This document shows, one piece after another, positions 22,478-31,573 of a stretch of 32,000 bases of DNA. This DNA is from Geotalea daltonii FRC-32. Lineage in GTDB: Bacteria > Desulfobacterota > Desulfuromonadia > Geobacterales > Geobacteraceae. The first letter of the stretch is position 1. Each line of letters starts with the position of its first letter. A program made the translations under genes and the position numbers. The stretch is taken from positions 2,610,001 through 2,642,000 of the forward strand of contig NC_011979.1 in the NCBI RefSeq assembly GCF_000022265.1, written 5' to 3'. Below the pieces are notes generated by a model that had not been told where the DNA came from, made no database searches, and saw only the letters and a program-made list of their open reading frames with translations.

Positions 22478-23299
22478 ATGGCGATCGTTACCATATCCAG
22501 ACAGATGGGCACTGGTGCATATGCAATGGCCAAGGAACTGTCGAAAAAGTTGAAATATACACTGATTGATGGACCCAAAATTGCGGAGCTGGCCAAAAGT
22601 TATGGGTTGGCAGAAGATATTCTGGAGAGGGTCGATGAAAAACCTCCCGCTTACATAACTGCAGAAGACAGGCTGCAGGCTGCCAACCTGAGCACCATGG
22701 AACTGATTCTGCTGGATGCTGCCAGAAAAGGAAATGTGGTTATGTATGGCAGGGGAGCCCAATATCTTCTTGAGGGCATGACCAACGTCCTGCGGGTGCG
22801 CATCATAGCACCCTTTGAGGAAAGGGTTGAAAATCTTGCCGAACGCGAATGGATCGACCCTGATCTGGCCCGCGACCTTATCCGCAGGAGCGACCACCAG
22901 CGTGGCGGCTTCACCCATTTTTATTTCGACAGGGACTGGCAAAGCCCTTTTGAATATGATCTTGTGTTCAACACCTCTCGACTGTCAAAGAGCGCTATCG
23001 TCGAAGCCATTGTTGCTGCGGCCAAGGATCCTAAACTCAAAGAAGGGGAGGCCGACCTGACTTCCCACCTTGATGATCTTATCCTGCGCAAACGGGTGGA
23101 GGTTGCACTGCTGAAATCAGGCAAGATCGGTAGCCTGCACTTCAAGATCGAGTGTATGGACGGAGCGATCTCCCTGACGGGCCATGTGCATAACGATGAA
23201 GAGCGGGAAGAGGCTGTGAGAATTGCCGAAAAGGTCAAAGGAGTAAAACAGGTGGACGATGATCTCCAGGTGATGAATTACCAGCATCACCTGGAATAA
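22478..23299 (+). CDS. Cytidylate kinase-like family protein fused to a C-terminal BON domain
   Basis: The N-terminus MAIVTISRQMGTGAYAMAKELSKKL is typical of the cytidylate-kinase-like (AAA-type) family. The C-terminus (ISLTGHVHNDEEREEAVRIAEKVKGVKQVDDDLQV) is BON-like. ATG at 22478 lies 6 nt after AAAGGAG and is preferred over 22472. Confidence 0.8.
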   Translation: MAIVTISRQMGTGAYAMAKELSKKLKYTLIDGPKIAELAKSYGLAEDILERVDEKPPAYITAEDRLQAANLSTMELILLDAARKGNVVMYGRGAQYLLEGMTNVLRVRIIAPFEERVENLAEREWIDPDLARDLIRRSDHQRGGFTHFYFDRDWQSPFEYDLVFNTSRLSKSAIVEAIVAAAKDPKLKEGEADLTSHLDDLILRKRVEVALLKSGKIGSLHFKIECMDGAISLTGHVHNDEEREEAVRIAEKVKGVKQVDDDLQVMNYQHHLE

Positions 23300-23330
23300 A
23301 TGCGGTTCCATTGATATTGAATTGAAGCTG

Positions 23331-23358
23331 AAAGGCCCCTTACCAAGGGGCCTTTTTT
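23331..23358. terminator. Bidirectional rho-independent terminator between convergent genes
   Basis: AAAGGCCCCTT, loop ACC, AAGGGGCCTTT, followed by a T-run. It sits between the stops at 23299 (+) and 23371 (-). Confidence 0.8.
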
Positions 23359-23370
23359 CATTTTGCGTTT

Positions 23371-24213
23371 TTAAAGATGGTGCATGTTTTTCAGGGCAGT
23401 TGCCAAGGTATGGGGAATGGCCAACTGGCCACGTCCACTGCCCATCTCGATACCGCCCTCGATGCCATGGAAGTCGGAGCCACCGGTAGCTGCAAGACCG
23501 AGATCTTCGGCAAGCCTGGCAAGAAAGGCAGACTCATCGGCATTGCACATATTATTGTAGACCTCGACTCCCTGGAGCCCTTTTCCAGCCAGCTTGCCTA
23601 TGACAGTGGCAAGTACCTTTCTCTCTTCGCTGATGCTTGTGGGATGAGCTAACACGGCAATCCCCCCCAGTCTTCTTATTTCTGCCAGTGCTTCATCCAT
23701 GGGAAAATAACGCTTTGGTTCATCGCATGGGATAAGGTAACGCTCGAAAGCATCCTGCATGTCCTTTGCATACCCCCTGTTTACAAGCACGCGGGCAATG
23801 TGAGGCCTGCCGAAGGCGCCATCAGCAAAGTTTACCGCTTCGTCATAGGTAATGGCCTCTTTTTTCTCATGTTGGAGTTTTACATTGATATTGGCGATGA
23901 TGGCCTGGCCCCGCTGGTCCCGGATGGTGCGGAATTCAGCAAGCTTGTCGAGAAATATCCGGTCCCGGTGGTCAATCAGGTAACCCAGAAGGTGAACGTC
24001 CTGGTAAGTGTCGAACTGCACCGACAGTTCGACGGCCGGAATCACTTCCACATTCCGGCTTTGGCCTGCTTCAAGTGCCTCGTCGATACCGGCGACGGTA
24101 TCGTGATCGGCCAGGGCAATGGTCTTAAGTCCTTTTGCTGCAGCCATGGCCACCAGCTCGGCCGGCTTGTAAATGCCGTCGGAATAGGTTGAGTGGATAT
24201 GAAGATCTATCAT
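23371..24213 (-). CDS. PHP-domain phosphoesterase (TrpH/YciV, RNase AM-like)
   Basis: MIDLHIHSTYSDGIYKPAELVAMAAAKGLKTIALADHDTVAGIDEA, AHP and GGSDFHG are PHP metal-binding motifs. The start is placed at Met36 of the tracked ORF (ATG at 24213), where similarity begins. Confidence 0.88.
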   Translation of the reverse strand: MIDLHIHSTYSDGIYKPAELVAMAAAKGLKTIALADHDTVAGIDEALEAGQSRNVEVIPAVELSVQFDTYQDVHLLGYLIDHRDRIFLDKLAEFRTIRDQRGQAIIANINVKLQHEKKEAITYDEAVNFADGAFGRPHIARVLVNRGYAKDMQDAFERYLIPCDEPKRYFPMDEALAEIRRLGGIAVLAHPTSISEERKVLATVIGKLAGKGLQGVEVYNNMCNADESAFLARLAEDLGLAATGGSDFHGIEGGIEMGSGRGQLAIPHTLATALKNMHHL

Positions 24214-24380
24214 TGATTGAAATGTTCCTTTCCTTTCGCAGAATGCTCTCAAGATATAAACCCTAATCGGGAGAAAGGCAATTGCATATATTAATACAGT
24301 TGCCTTGCTGCTTAGCATACAGTAGAATGCGTCCGATTATCGCAGCTGGGTGATCAGAACTCAATTGAGGTATTTCTCCT

Positions 24381-24611
24381 ATGGCAAAAAAGCAGGGCAT
24401 CGCATTGGCCCTCGTGGCATTTGTAGTTTACATTGTAGGTGGCATTTCCACCTTTGCCGGCCTTGGCCTGATACTGTTCATGCGTGGGCGGGATCTGTTG
24501 GGGCTTGGGGACGGCAGCAGCATAGGCTACCTGTTCCTCTGCGTTGGGCTCTCCTTCTGCATCCTGGGCATTCTCTTCATGCGTATCTTTAAAAACAGAG
24601 GCTTGGTTTGA
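24381..24611 (+). CDS. Small two-TM membrane protein (76 aa)
   Basis: It has two clear hydrophobic helices. Its stop overlaps the TTG start of nth (24608-24611). Confidence 0.5.
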   Translation: MAKKQGIALALVAFVVYIVGGISTFAGLGLILFMRGRDLLGLGDGSSIGYLFLCVGLSFCILGILFMRIFKNRGLV

Positions 24612-25264
24612 GGGATTCGGAAATTCACCGGGCTGTCACCCTGCTTCTGGAAGCGGTGAGAGTCTGGCAGAGTCCTGCCGTCACAATCGTTTCCCAGCGT
24701 CAGGGGAGCCCTTTCAAGGTTTTGATCTCTTGTATTCTTTCTCTTCGCACCCAGGATAAGACCACATCGGCAGCTTCAGATCGGCTGTTCGCACTGGCAG
24801 ATACTCCTGATAAACTTGCTGCACTACCCGTCGAAATCATTGAAAAGTTGGTTTATCCGGTAGGCTTTTTCCGGGTCAAGGCTGCCCAGATAAAGGAAAT
24901 CAGCCGCCTGCTCATGGAAAGATACCAGGGAAAGGTCCCAGATGAAATAGAGGAACTTCTTACTTTCAAAGGGGTCGGCAGGAAAACTGCCAACCTTGTG
25001 GTAACACTTGGTTATGGAAAACCGGGTATCTGCGTGGATACCCACGTTCACCGCATCTGCAACCGCTGGGGATATGTGGTGACCAGAACCCCGGAGCAGA
25101 CCGAACAGGCATTGAGGGGCAAATTGCCCACCGAGTACTGGCTCATGATCAACGATCTGCTGGTTACCTTTGGTCAGAATCAATGTTATCCCATATCACC
25201 AATCTGTTCCACCTGCCCATTGAGAGAGATGTGCGACAGAGTCGGGGTAAAAAAGTCCAGGTAA
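24608..25264 (+). CDS. nth: Endonuclease III family DNA glycosylase/AP lyase
   Basis: HhH-GPD motifs are LLTFKGVGRKTANLVV and CVDTHVHRICNRWG. The C-terminal 4Fe-4S cluster loop follows C-x6-C-x2-C-x5-C (CYPISPICSTCPLREMC). Confidence 0.9.
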   Translation: MRDSEIHRAVTLLLEAVRVWQSPAVTIVSQRQGSPFKVLISCILSLRTQDKTTSAASDRLFALADTPDKLAALPVEIIEKLVYPVGFFRVKAAQIKEISRLLMERYQGKVPDEIEELLTFKGVGRKTANLVVTLGYGKPGICVDTHVHRICNRWGYVVTRTPEQTEQALRGKLPTEYWLMINDLLVTFGQNQCYPISPICSTCPLREMCDRVGVKKSR

Positions 25265-25374
25265 AGGAGTTGCCGCTGATTTTTTAATCTATTATGGCTT
25301 GTCTCGGCGGCTGAGAGGTTGTAAACTTCATATCCATGACATGAAGATGTAATTTATTATTGCGGGAGGCCATT

Positions 25375-26242
25375 ATGTTGAGAAAGCTTGGTTTTATCGG
25401 TTTGGGTACTGTCGGCAGGCATATGGCTGCCAATCTGACAAAGGCGGATTATGATCTCACTGTCTATGACGATGATGCGGAACCGCTAAATGAGCTGGTC
25501 AAGCTGGGAGCAAAAGCTGCCGCAACCCCCCAGCGAAGCTGCAAAGGGCAAAGATCTTGTTATAGTCATTCTTCCCGAGAGTCATGGATTGGAAACGTTC
25601 GTCTTCGGCAAAGATGGAGTTCTCGAAGGGCTCGATCCCGGTACGATATTGGTGGATATGGGTACCCACTCCCTGGAAACAACCTTGAAACTTGCCGACG
25701 AAGCCATAAAACGCCGGGTGATGTTCCTGGAAGCGCCGGTGTGGGGAACCAAGGAGCATGCTGCCAACGGTCTGGTGACCATTCTTGCCGGCGGGGATCC
25801 TTCCCTGCTCGGGCGTTGCCGCGAAACATTCTCCTATTTCGGTCTTAACATCATCCATATCGGCAAGATAGGCGATGCCACCAGGATGAAATTCATCGTC
25901 AACCTGGTGCAGGCCGAACTGATGCAATCTTTGGCAGAGGGCATCGTCTTTGGCGAGAAGCTTGGCTTTACTGCCGATAAAATTCTCGAAGTACTCGATT
26001 CCGGCGGCGTTGCTTCGCCTCTCTTCCATTCCAAGGGGCGCAGCATAGCTAGGGGGGATTTCAGTCGTAATCTCGCTCTCAAATATGTACACGAACAACT
26101 TCTTTTGGTTATGGATGCTGCCAGAAAGGTTAATTTGGATCTCCCCGGAGCGGAAACGGCCTGCAAACTCTACGAACAGGCGGTGCAGGATGGCCGCGGC
26201 GAAGAAGACTATTCCGCTGTGGTTAAAGTCTTGAGAAAATAA
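25375..26242 (+). pseudogene. NAD(P)-dependent beta-hydroxyacid (3-hydroxyisobutyrate/6-phosphogluconate family) dehydrogenase, interrupted by a +1 frameshift
   Basis: The Rossmann N-terminus (KLGFIGLGTVGRHMAANL...LGAKAAATP) is in one frame. The rest of the family-typical sequence (SEAAKGKDLVIVILPES...GKIGDATRMKFIVNL...) continues in the +1 frame. The switch is at a C6 run (25526-25531); a C5 run would restore a single ORF of about 288 aa. RBS GGGAGG lies 5 nt before the ATG at 25375. Confidence 0.8.
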
Positions 26243-26273
26243 GGAACTTCAAGAAACGAGAAAAGCGAGAAGA

Positions 26274-26305
26274 GGGCGCGACCATCAGTGGCGCCCTGTT
26301 TTTTT
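26274..26305 (+). terminator. Rho-independent terminator
   Basis: GGGCGC, 11-nt loop, GCGCCC, followed by TGTTTTTTT. Confidence 0.7.
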
Positions 26306-26350
26306 GTTTAAAACAAAATTTATTTGCTTTAATTTGCCAACACAAATTAA

Positions 26351-26379
26351 TGGACAAAATTAATTGAACTTGTTATAAA
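26351..26379 (+). promoter_or_regulatory. Sigma-70 type promoter for the HD-GYP gene
   Basis: TGGACA (26351-26356), a 17-nt spacer, then TATAAA (26374-26379). It lies within an AT-rich tract that has ACAAAATT(T/A)A repeats. Confidence 0.45.
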
Positions 26380-26422
26380 GCACCGGAACCGAGAAACAAA
26401 TATTTACTTCAATGTCAGGAGA

Positions 26423-27787
26423 GTGTGTTTGCCGTTTCTGGGAATCAGGTTCAAACTTTCTTTCGTTAGTTTCCTGCTGGTGACAGCGGTTATAGCGGTG
26501 TCGTCTGTGGCTGTCATGGGAATTATGGACAGGTTTCTTCTTGGGGAATTGGTCAAACGCGGCACGTCGCTGTCAAGGGGAGCGGCCAACACTGCAGCTT
26601 TCGGACTGCTTGCCCATGATCGTCTTGTGGTGGACAATCTTGTCGCCAAGCTGAAGGAACGGCAGCCTGATGTTCTGTACGTGGCGGCCGTGGATCATGA
26701 TGGAATCATCACGGCCCATAGCGATCTAAGGAAAAACGGAGCAAGGTACGAACAGAAGGCGCCAGCCAAGGTGATCAGCAGGGATGTGGACGGCACCATG
26801 GTTACACTGGATAGCAGGGGCGGCAGAGACATCTACGAGTTCAGTACTCCCATAAGGTTTGCAGCCAGAAAGATCGGTTCATTACATCTGACCATAGATG
26901 GCGTCACTTTGGTGGATGCCCGGGGAGATGCGCGCCGAATGGTGGCCCTTGCTTCCGGTCTGATTCTCGTCGTCGCGGTTCTGGCTTCATATTATCTTGC
27001 CGGGTTTTTTACAACCCCCATCAAAAAGCTGCAAGAAGGTGTTTCGCAGCTCCGGTCGGGTAAATACCAAGGGGCATTGACGGTAAAACTCCATGACGAA
27101 TTGGGGGAGTTAACGAGTAATTTTAACCAGATGGCCCAGGTAATCGTACAGCAGCAGGACAAGCTGGAGGAATATGCGCATGGCCTTGAAGAATCTTACC
27201 TGGCCACGGTAAAGATCCTTGCCACATCCATCGATGCCAGGGATGATTACACACTCCGTCATTCGACCCGCGTGGCGGCATTATCCGTCATGCTGGGTCA
27301 GCAGTTGGGGCTTCACACTGAAGAATTGCGGGATCTTGAGGTGGCTGCCCTGGTGCACGACCTGGGGAAAATACGAATTCCCGACAAGGTCTTGAAAAAG
27401 GCAGCACCTCTGAATGAAGAAGAATTGGAGATGGTCAGGCTGCATACACGTCACGGTGCAGAAATTCTCAGCCATTCCCGGGCGCTTCAAAGGTTTGTTC
27501 CAGCCGTTCTTTATCACCACGAGTGGTATGACGGTCAGGGGTACCCCGAAGGATTGAAAGGTGCTGAAATCCCGTTATTTGCCAAGATCATTGCGATTGC
27601 CGATGCCTATGATGCAATGACCACTTCACGACCATATCGCAGTGGTCTGCCTGCGGCAATTGCCATTAATGAAATCACTCGCTACAGCGGATCCCAATTT
27701 GAGCCGGCACTGGTCGATCTTTTTGTTAGATCTTTGGGGCAGCCCAACCATGCCATCCCCCAGTTAATGCTCAGGCTGTCGGCATGA
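26423..27787 (+). CDS. Membrane sensor with a periplasmic domain, HAMP and an HD-GYP domain (c-di-GMP phosphodiesterase family)
   Basis: Two TM segments flank a periplasmic domain of about 150 aa. The HAMP region is IKKLQEGVSQLRSGKY...DELGELTSNFNQMAQ. HD-GYP motifs are HDLGKIRIP and HHEWYDGQGYPEGL. The start is uncertain: GTG at 26423 or TTG at 26429, after AGGAGAG. Confidence 0.92.
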   Translation: MCLPFLGIRFKLSFVSFLLVTAVIAVSSVAVMGIMDRFLLGELVKRGTSLSRGAANTAAFGLLAHDRLVVDNLVAKLKERQPDVLYVAAVDHDGIITAHSDLRKNGARYEQKAPAKVISRDVDGTMVTLDSRGGRDIYEFSTPIRFAARKIGSLHLTIDGVTLVDARGDARRMVALASGLILVVAVLASYYLAGFFTTPIKKLQEGVSQLRSGKYQGALTVKLHDELGELTSNFNQMAQVIVQQQDKLEEYAHGLEESYLATVKILATSIDARDDYTLRHSTRVAALSVMLGQQLGLHTEELRDLEVAALVHDLGKIRIPDKVLKKAAPLNEEELEMVRLHTRHGAEILSHSRALQRFVPAVLYHHEWYDGQGYPEGLKGAEIPLFAKIIAIADAYDAMTTSRPYRSGLPAAIAINEITRYSGSQFEPALVDLFVRSLGQPNHAIPQLMLRLSA

Positions 27788-28377
27788 TGATCTTCTTCAG
27801 GCAAACAATATTCCTGCTTTTATTAATTAGTCTGGCCGCCTGTTCCACCCCGGAAAAGACTCTGCGGCCAGCAGGTGAAAAGCCGCCTCAGCCGATATCC
27901 GAGCGGCAGGTATCGACAATGCAGAAGAAGGTTGCCCTTCTTCTGGAAAAAAAACTGTATCGCCAAGCCCTGACAACCATTGCCTGCCGTAACCAGCTGA
28001 ACCAGCCTTCGCCGGGAATGGAAAATGAATTCATTACAGCAATCAATGGCCTCGTGGACACAGCTGAAGAAGCAATGGCACGCGGAGAGCATGTCTTTGC
28101 GGGCCAGGCATTCAGATTGGCCCTTGCTGCTTATCCGGCAGAGCGTTCTTTGCGGAGGAAAGTCAGGTCAGGGACAAGAAAGATAAGAATTCATCTTGAA
28201 TCATGTTCCAACAGGCTCATGGATCAGGGTCTGCAGGAATACAGATGGGGTGAATTGGACAGGGCAATCAGAACCTGGAAGAGCATTCTTTCGTTCAATG
28301 CCGGGCACAGCGAAGCACGAAAAGCTATTGAGACAGCAACAATACAGAAAAAATCCCTGCAGGTAATGGAAGATTGA
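27784..28377 (+). CDS. Lipoprotein with TPR-like helices
   Basis: The lipobox is LISLAAC. Its ATG overlaps the HD-GYP stop as ATGA (27784-27787). Confidence 0.7.
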   Translation: MMIFFRQTIFLLLLISLAACSTPEKTLRPAGEKPPQPISERQVSTMQKKVALLLEKKLYRQALTTIACRNQLNQPSPGMENEFITAINGLVDTAEEAMARGEHVFAGQAFRLALAAYPAERSLRRKVRSGTRKIRIHLESCSNRLMDQGLQEYRWGELDRAIRTWKSILSFNAGHSEARKAIETATIQKKSLQVMED

Positions 28378-28378
28378 A

Positions 28379-29785
28379 CTAATTTTTTTTCGTCAGCAAC
28401 GCTACATTTTCCACGTGGGGTGTTTGCGGAAACATGTCCACCGGCTGAATTTCCCTGGTTTCATAATCAAGGCCAGCCAGCAGGTTAAGGTCGCGGGCCA
28501 GGGTATCCGGCGAGCATGATACGTAGATGATCTTTGCCGGCCCCAGGGCGGAAGCCTGTTTCAGAACCTGTTCATCACAACCTTTGCGTGGCGGGTTCAG
28601 GACTATCAGGTCTACCTTTTTATCTTCCCGCCGCATTTCTTCAATAAGCTTTGCCACATCTCCCGCAATGAATCGGCAGTTGCCGATGCCATTCAGCTGT
28701 GCATTCCTTTCGGCATCGGCAACGGCAGCATCCACTGCCTCGATACCGGTCACCTCTTTACATTGTCTGGCCAGAAAAAGTGAAATTCCGCCAATGCCGC
28801 AATAAAGGTCGAGAACTCGTTCTGAGCCGGTCAGTGCTGCCCACTCGCGAACTTTCTCGTAAATAATCCGGGCACTGCCGCTGTTCACCTGGAAGAAAGA
28901 GCGGGGTGAGATAAGGAATTTCGTGTCCCCCATGATTGCAGACAGAACCTGCTCCTTGGTGACAAAGTGGTCCTTCTGCCCCAGGATTACATTGCCTAGG
29001 GAGCTGTTTATGTTCTGGGCGATGACACTGACTTCGGGGACTGCATTCTTCAGATGTTTCGCCAGGTGATGGAGCTCATTGTAGCTGCGCTCCGCGGTTA
29101 CGAATATTACCATGGCCTTGTTGGCAGATTCAGAAATGCGAATCACCAGATAACGCAAAAGACCCATCTGGCTTTTCGGGTTGTAAATGGGCACCTTGCC
29201 CTTTTTTATTCCGGCCTTGACCGCTTCGATAATCGTGTCGATGAGTGGATGATGGACAGCACAGCCTGCTACATCCAGAACCTCGTGACTGTTGCGGCGG
29301 TAGATGCCGATAACAGGGTCGGCAAACTTGCCGCTCACGACCAGCTTGGCAGAATTGCGGTAGTGAAGTTGATGTGGAGAGGGGATTACCTCATGCAGCC
29401 TGGCTTTTTCCAGAGTTTTGTGGCGGCGGATGAATTTGATGACCAGCTGTTTTTTCCAGGCCAGTTGAGCGGGGTACTTCATCTTCAGCAGTGCACAGCC
29501 GTCACATGCAGCTTTGTCGCAAGATAGATTTGTTAAACGGTCCGGAGAATGTTTGATGATCCTGGAAATGCTGGCAAAGGTTTCCCTTCTGCCCACATAG
29601 GAAATCCTGGCTCGTATCGACTCGCCGGGGAATGTACCGGCAATGAGAATGGGAGTGTTTTCGTAGCAAGAAACGCCGAACCCATCGTCATTTATGGCGG
29701 ATATGGCCACCTCGATCGTCTGGCCGGTTTTTAGTTTGCTGTCTTCTTTTTGGGCTGGAGAGCTTGGGCGGTTATCTTTTTTCAT
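28379..29785 (-). CDS. rlmD: 23S rRNA (uracil-C5)-methyltransferase, RlmD/RumA family (TRAM domain, Fe-S Cys cluster, SAM methyltransferase domain)
   Basis: It has a TRAM-like N-terminus, the Cys pattern CDKAACDGC plus a later GCAVHHP, and the SAM fold motif VLDLYCGIGGISL. NPPRKG and YVSCSP match the catalytic Cys region. The start is placed at ATG 29785 rather than the upstream TTG at 29845. Confidence 0.9.
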   Translation of the reverse strand: MKKDNRPSSPAQKEDSKLKTGQTIEVAISAINDDGFGVSCYENTPILIAGTFPGESIRARISYVGRRETFASISRIIKHSPDRLTNLSCDKAACDGCALLKMKYPAQLAWKKQLVIKFIRRHKTLEKARLHEVIPSPHQLHYRNSAKLVVSGKFADPVIGIYRRNSHEVLDVAGCAVHHPLIDTIIEAVKAGIKKGKVPIYNPKSQMGLLRYLVIRISESANKAMVIFVTAERSYNELHHLAKHLKNAVPEVSVIAQNINSSLGNVILGQKDHFVTKEQVLSAIMGDTKFLISPRSFFQVNSGSARIIYEKVREWAALTGSERVLDLYCGIGGISLFLARQCKEVTGIEAVDAAVADAERNAQLNGIGNCRFIAGDVAKLIEEMRREDKKVDLIVLNPPRKGCDEQVLKQASALGPAKIIYVSCSPDTLARDLNLLAGLDYETREIQPVDMFPQTPHVENVALLTKKN

Positions 29786-30022
29786 GGGAATACTAAATAG
29801 GAAAATAAACCATCTGTCAATGGTCGATTTTGTGTAGATGATCAAACTGGTGTGTAGAAAAAGTAATCACCTGGTAACGTTTTCTGAATAATTAATGTGC
29901 AGTTGCTTCTTGTTTGAGCAGGTTAAGTGATTGAAATACAATATAAAGAATCTTTCTCTGCATATTGTTTCCGCACATGCCTGTTTATGGTGCAGATGAT
30001 GCATAAAGTCTGATCATCTTCG

Positions 30023-30038
30023 TGGCAGCTGTATTGCT
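30023..30038 (+). promoter_or_regulatory. Sigma-54 (-24/-12) promoter upstream of gdhA
   Basis: TGGCAGctgtaTTGCT fits TGGCAC-N5-TTGCW with correct GG/GC spacing. It lies about 40 nt upstream of the gdhA ATG. Confidence 0.55.
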
Positions 30039-30054
30039 GACCTCAGACGTGTAA

Positions 30055-31425
<1,371 letters not shown>

Positions 31426-31451
31426 CGCAAGTATCAGAGTAAGTACAAAGG

Positions 31452-31479
31452 AGGCGGGGATCAAACCCCGCCTTTTTTG
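31452..31479 (+). terminator. Rho-independent terminator of gdhA
   Basis: AGGCGGGG, loop ATCAAA, CCCCGCCT, followed by TTTTTT. Confidence 0.85.
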
Positions 31480-31535
31480 CATCTGTTCAAAAGTTTTCCC
31501 CTCCCTCAAAACTCTGCATCGCCATGTCTCCTCCC

Positions 31536-31564
31536 TTGACTTTATCCCATTAACTGGCTACTAT
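31536..31564 (+). promoter_or_regulatory. Sigma-70 type promoter immediately upstream of ispG
   Basis: TTGACT (31536-31541), a 17-nt spacer, then TACTAT (31559-31564). The -10 element ends only 9 nt before the first ATG (31574). Confidence 0.45.
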
Positions 31565-31573
31565 GCCCCGGTT

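Noticed and set aside
22373-22942. 189-aa minus-strand ORF; also 21832-22413 and 25499-26098
   Set aside because: They are antisense to well-supported genes (the CMK-like/BON gene, MgtC and the dehydrogenase) and have no motifs.
24214-24318. 35-codon N-terminal extension of the PHP gene; likewise 29786-29845 for rlmD
   Set aside because: Family similarity starts at the internal Met (MIDLHIHS... and MKKDNRP...). The extensions are hydrophobic junk, and the rlmD one starts at a TTG.
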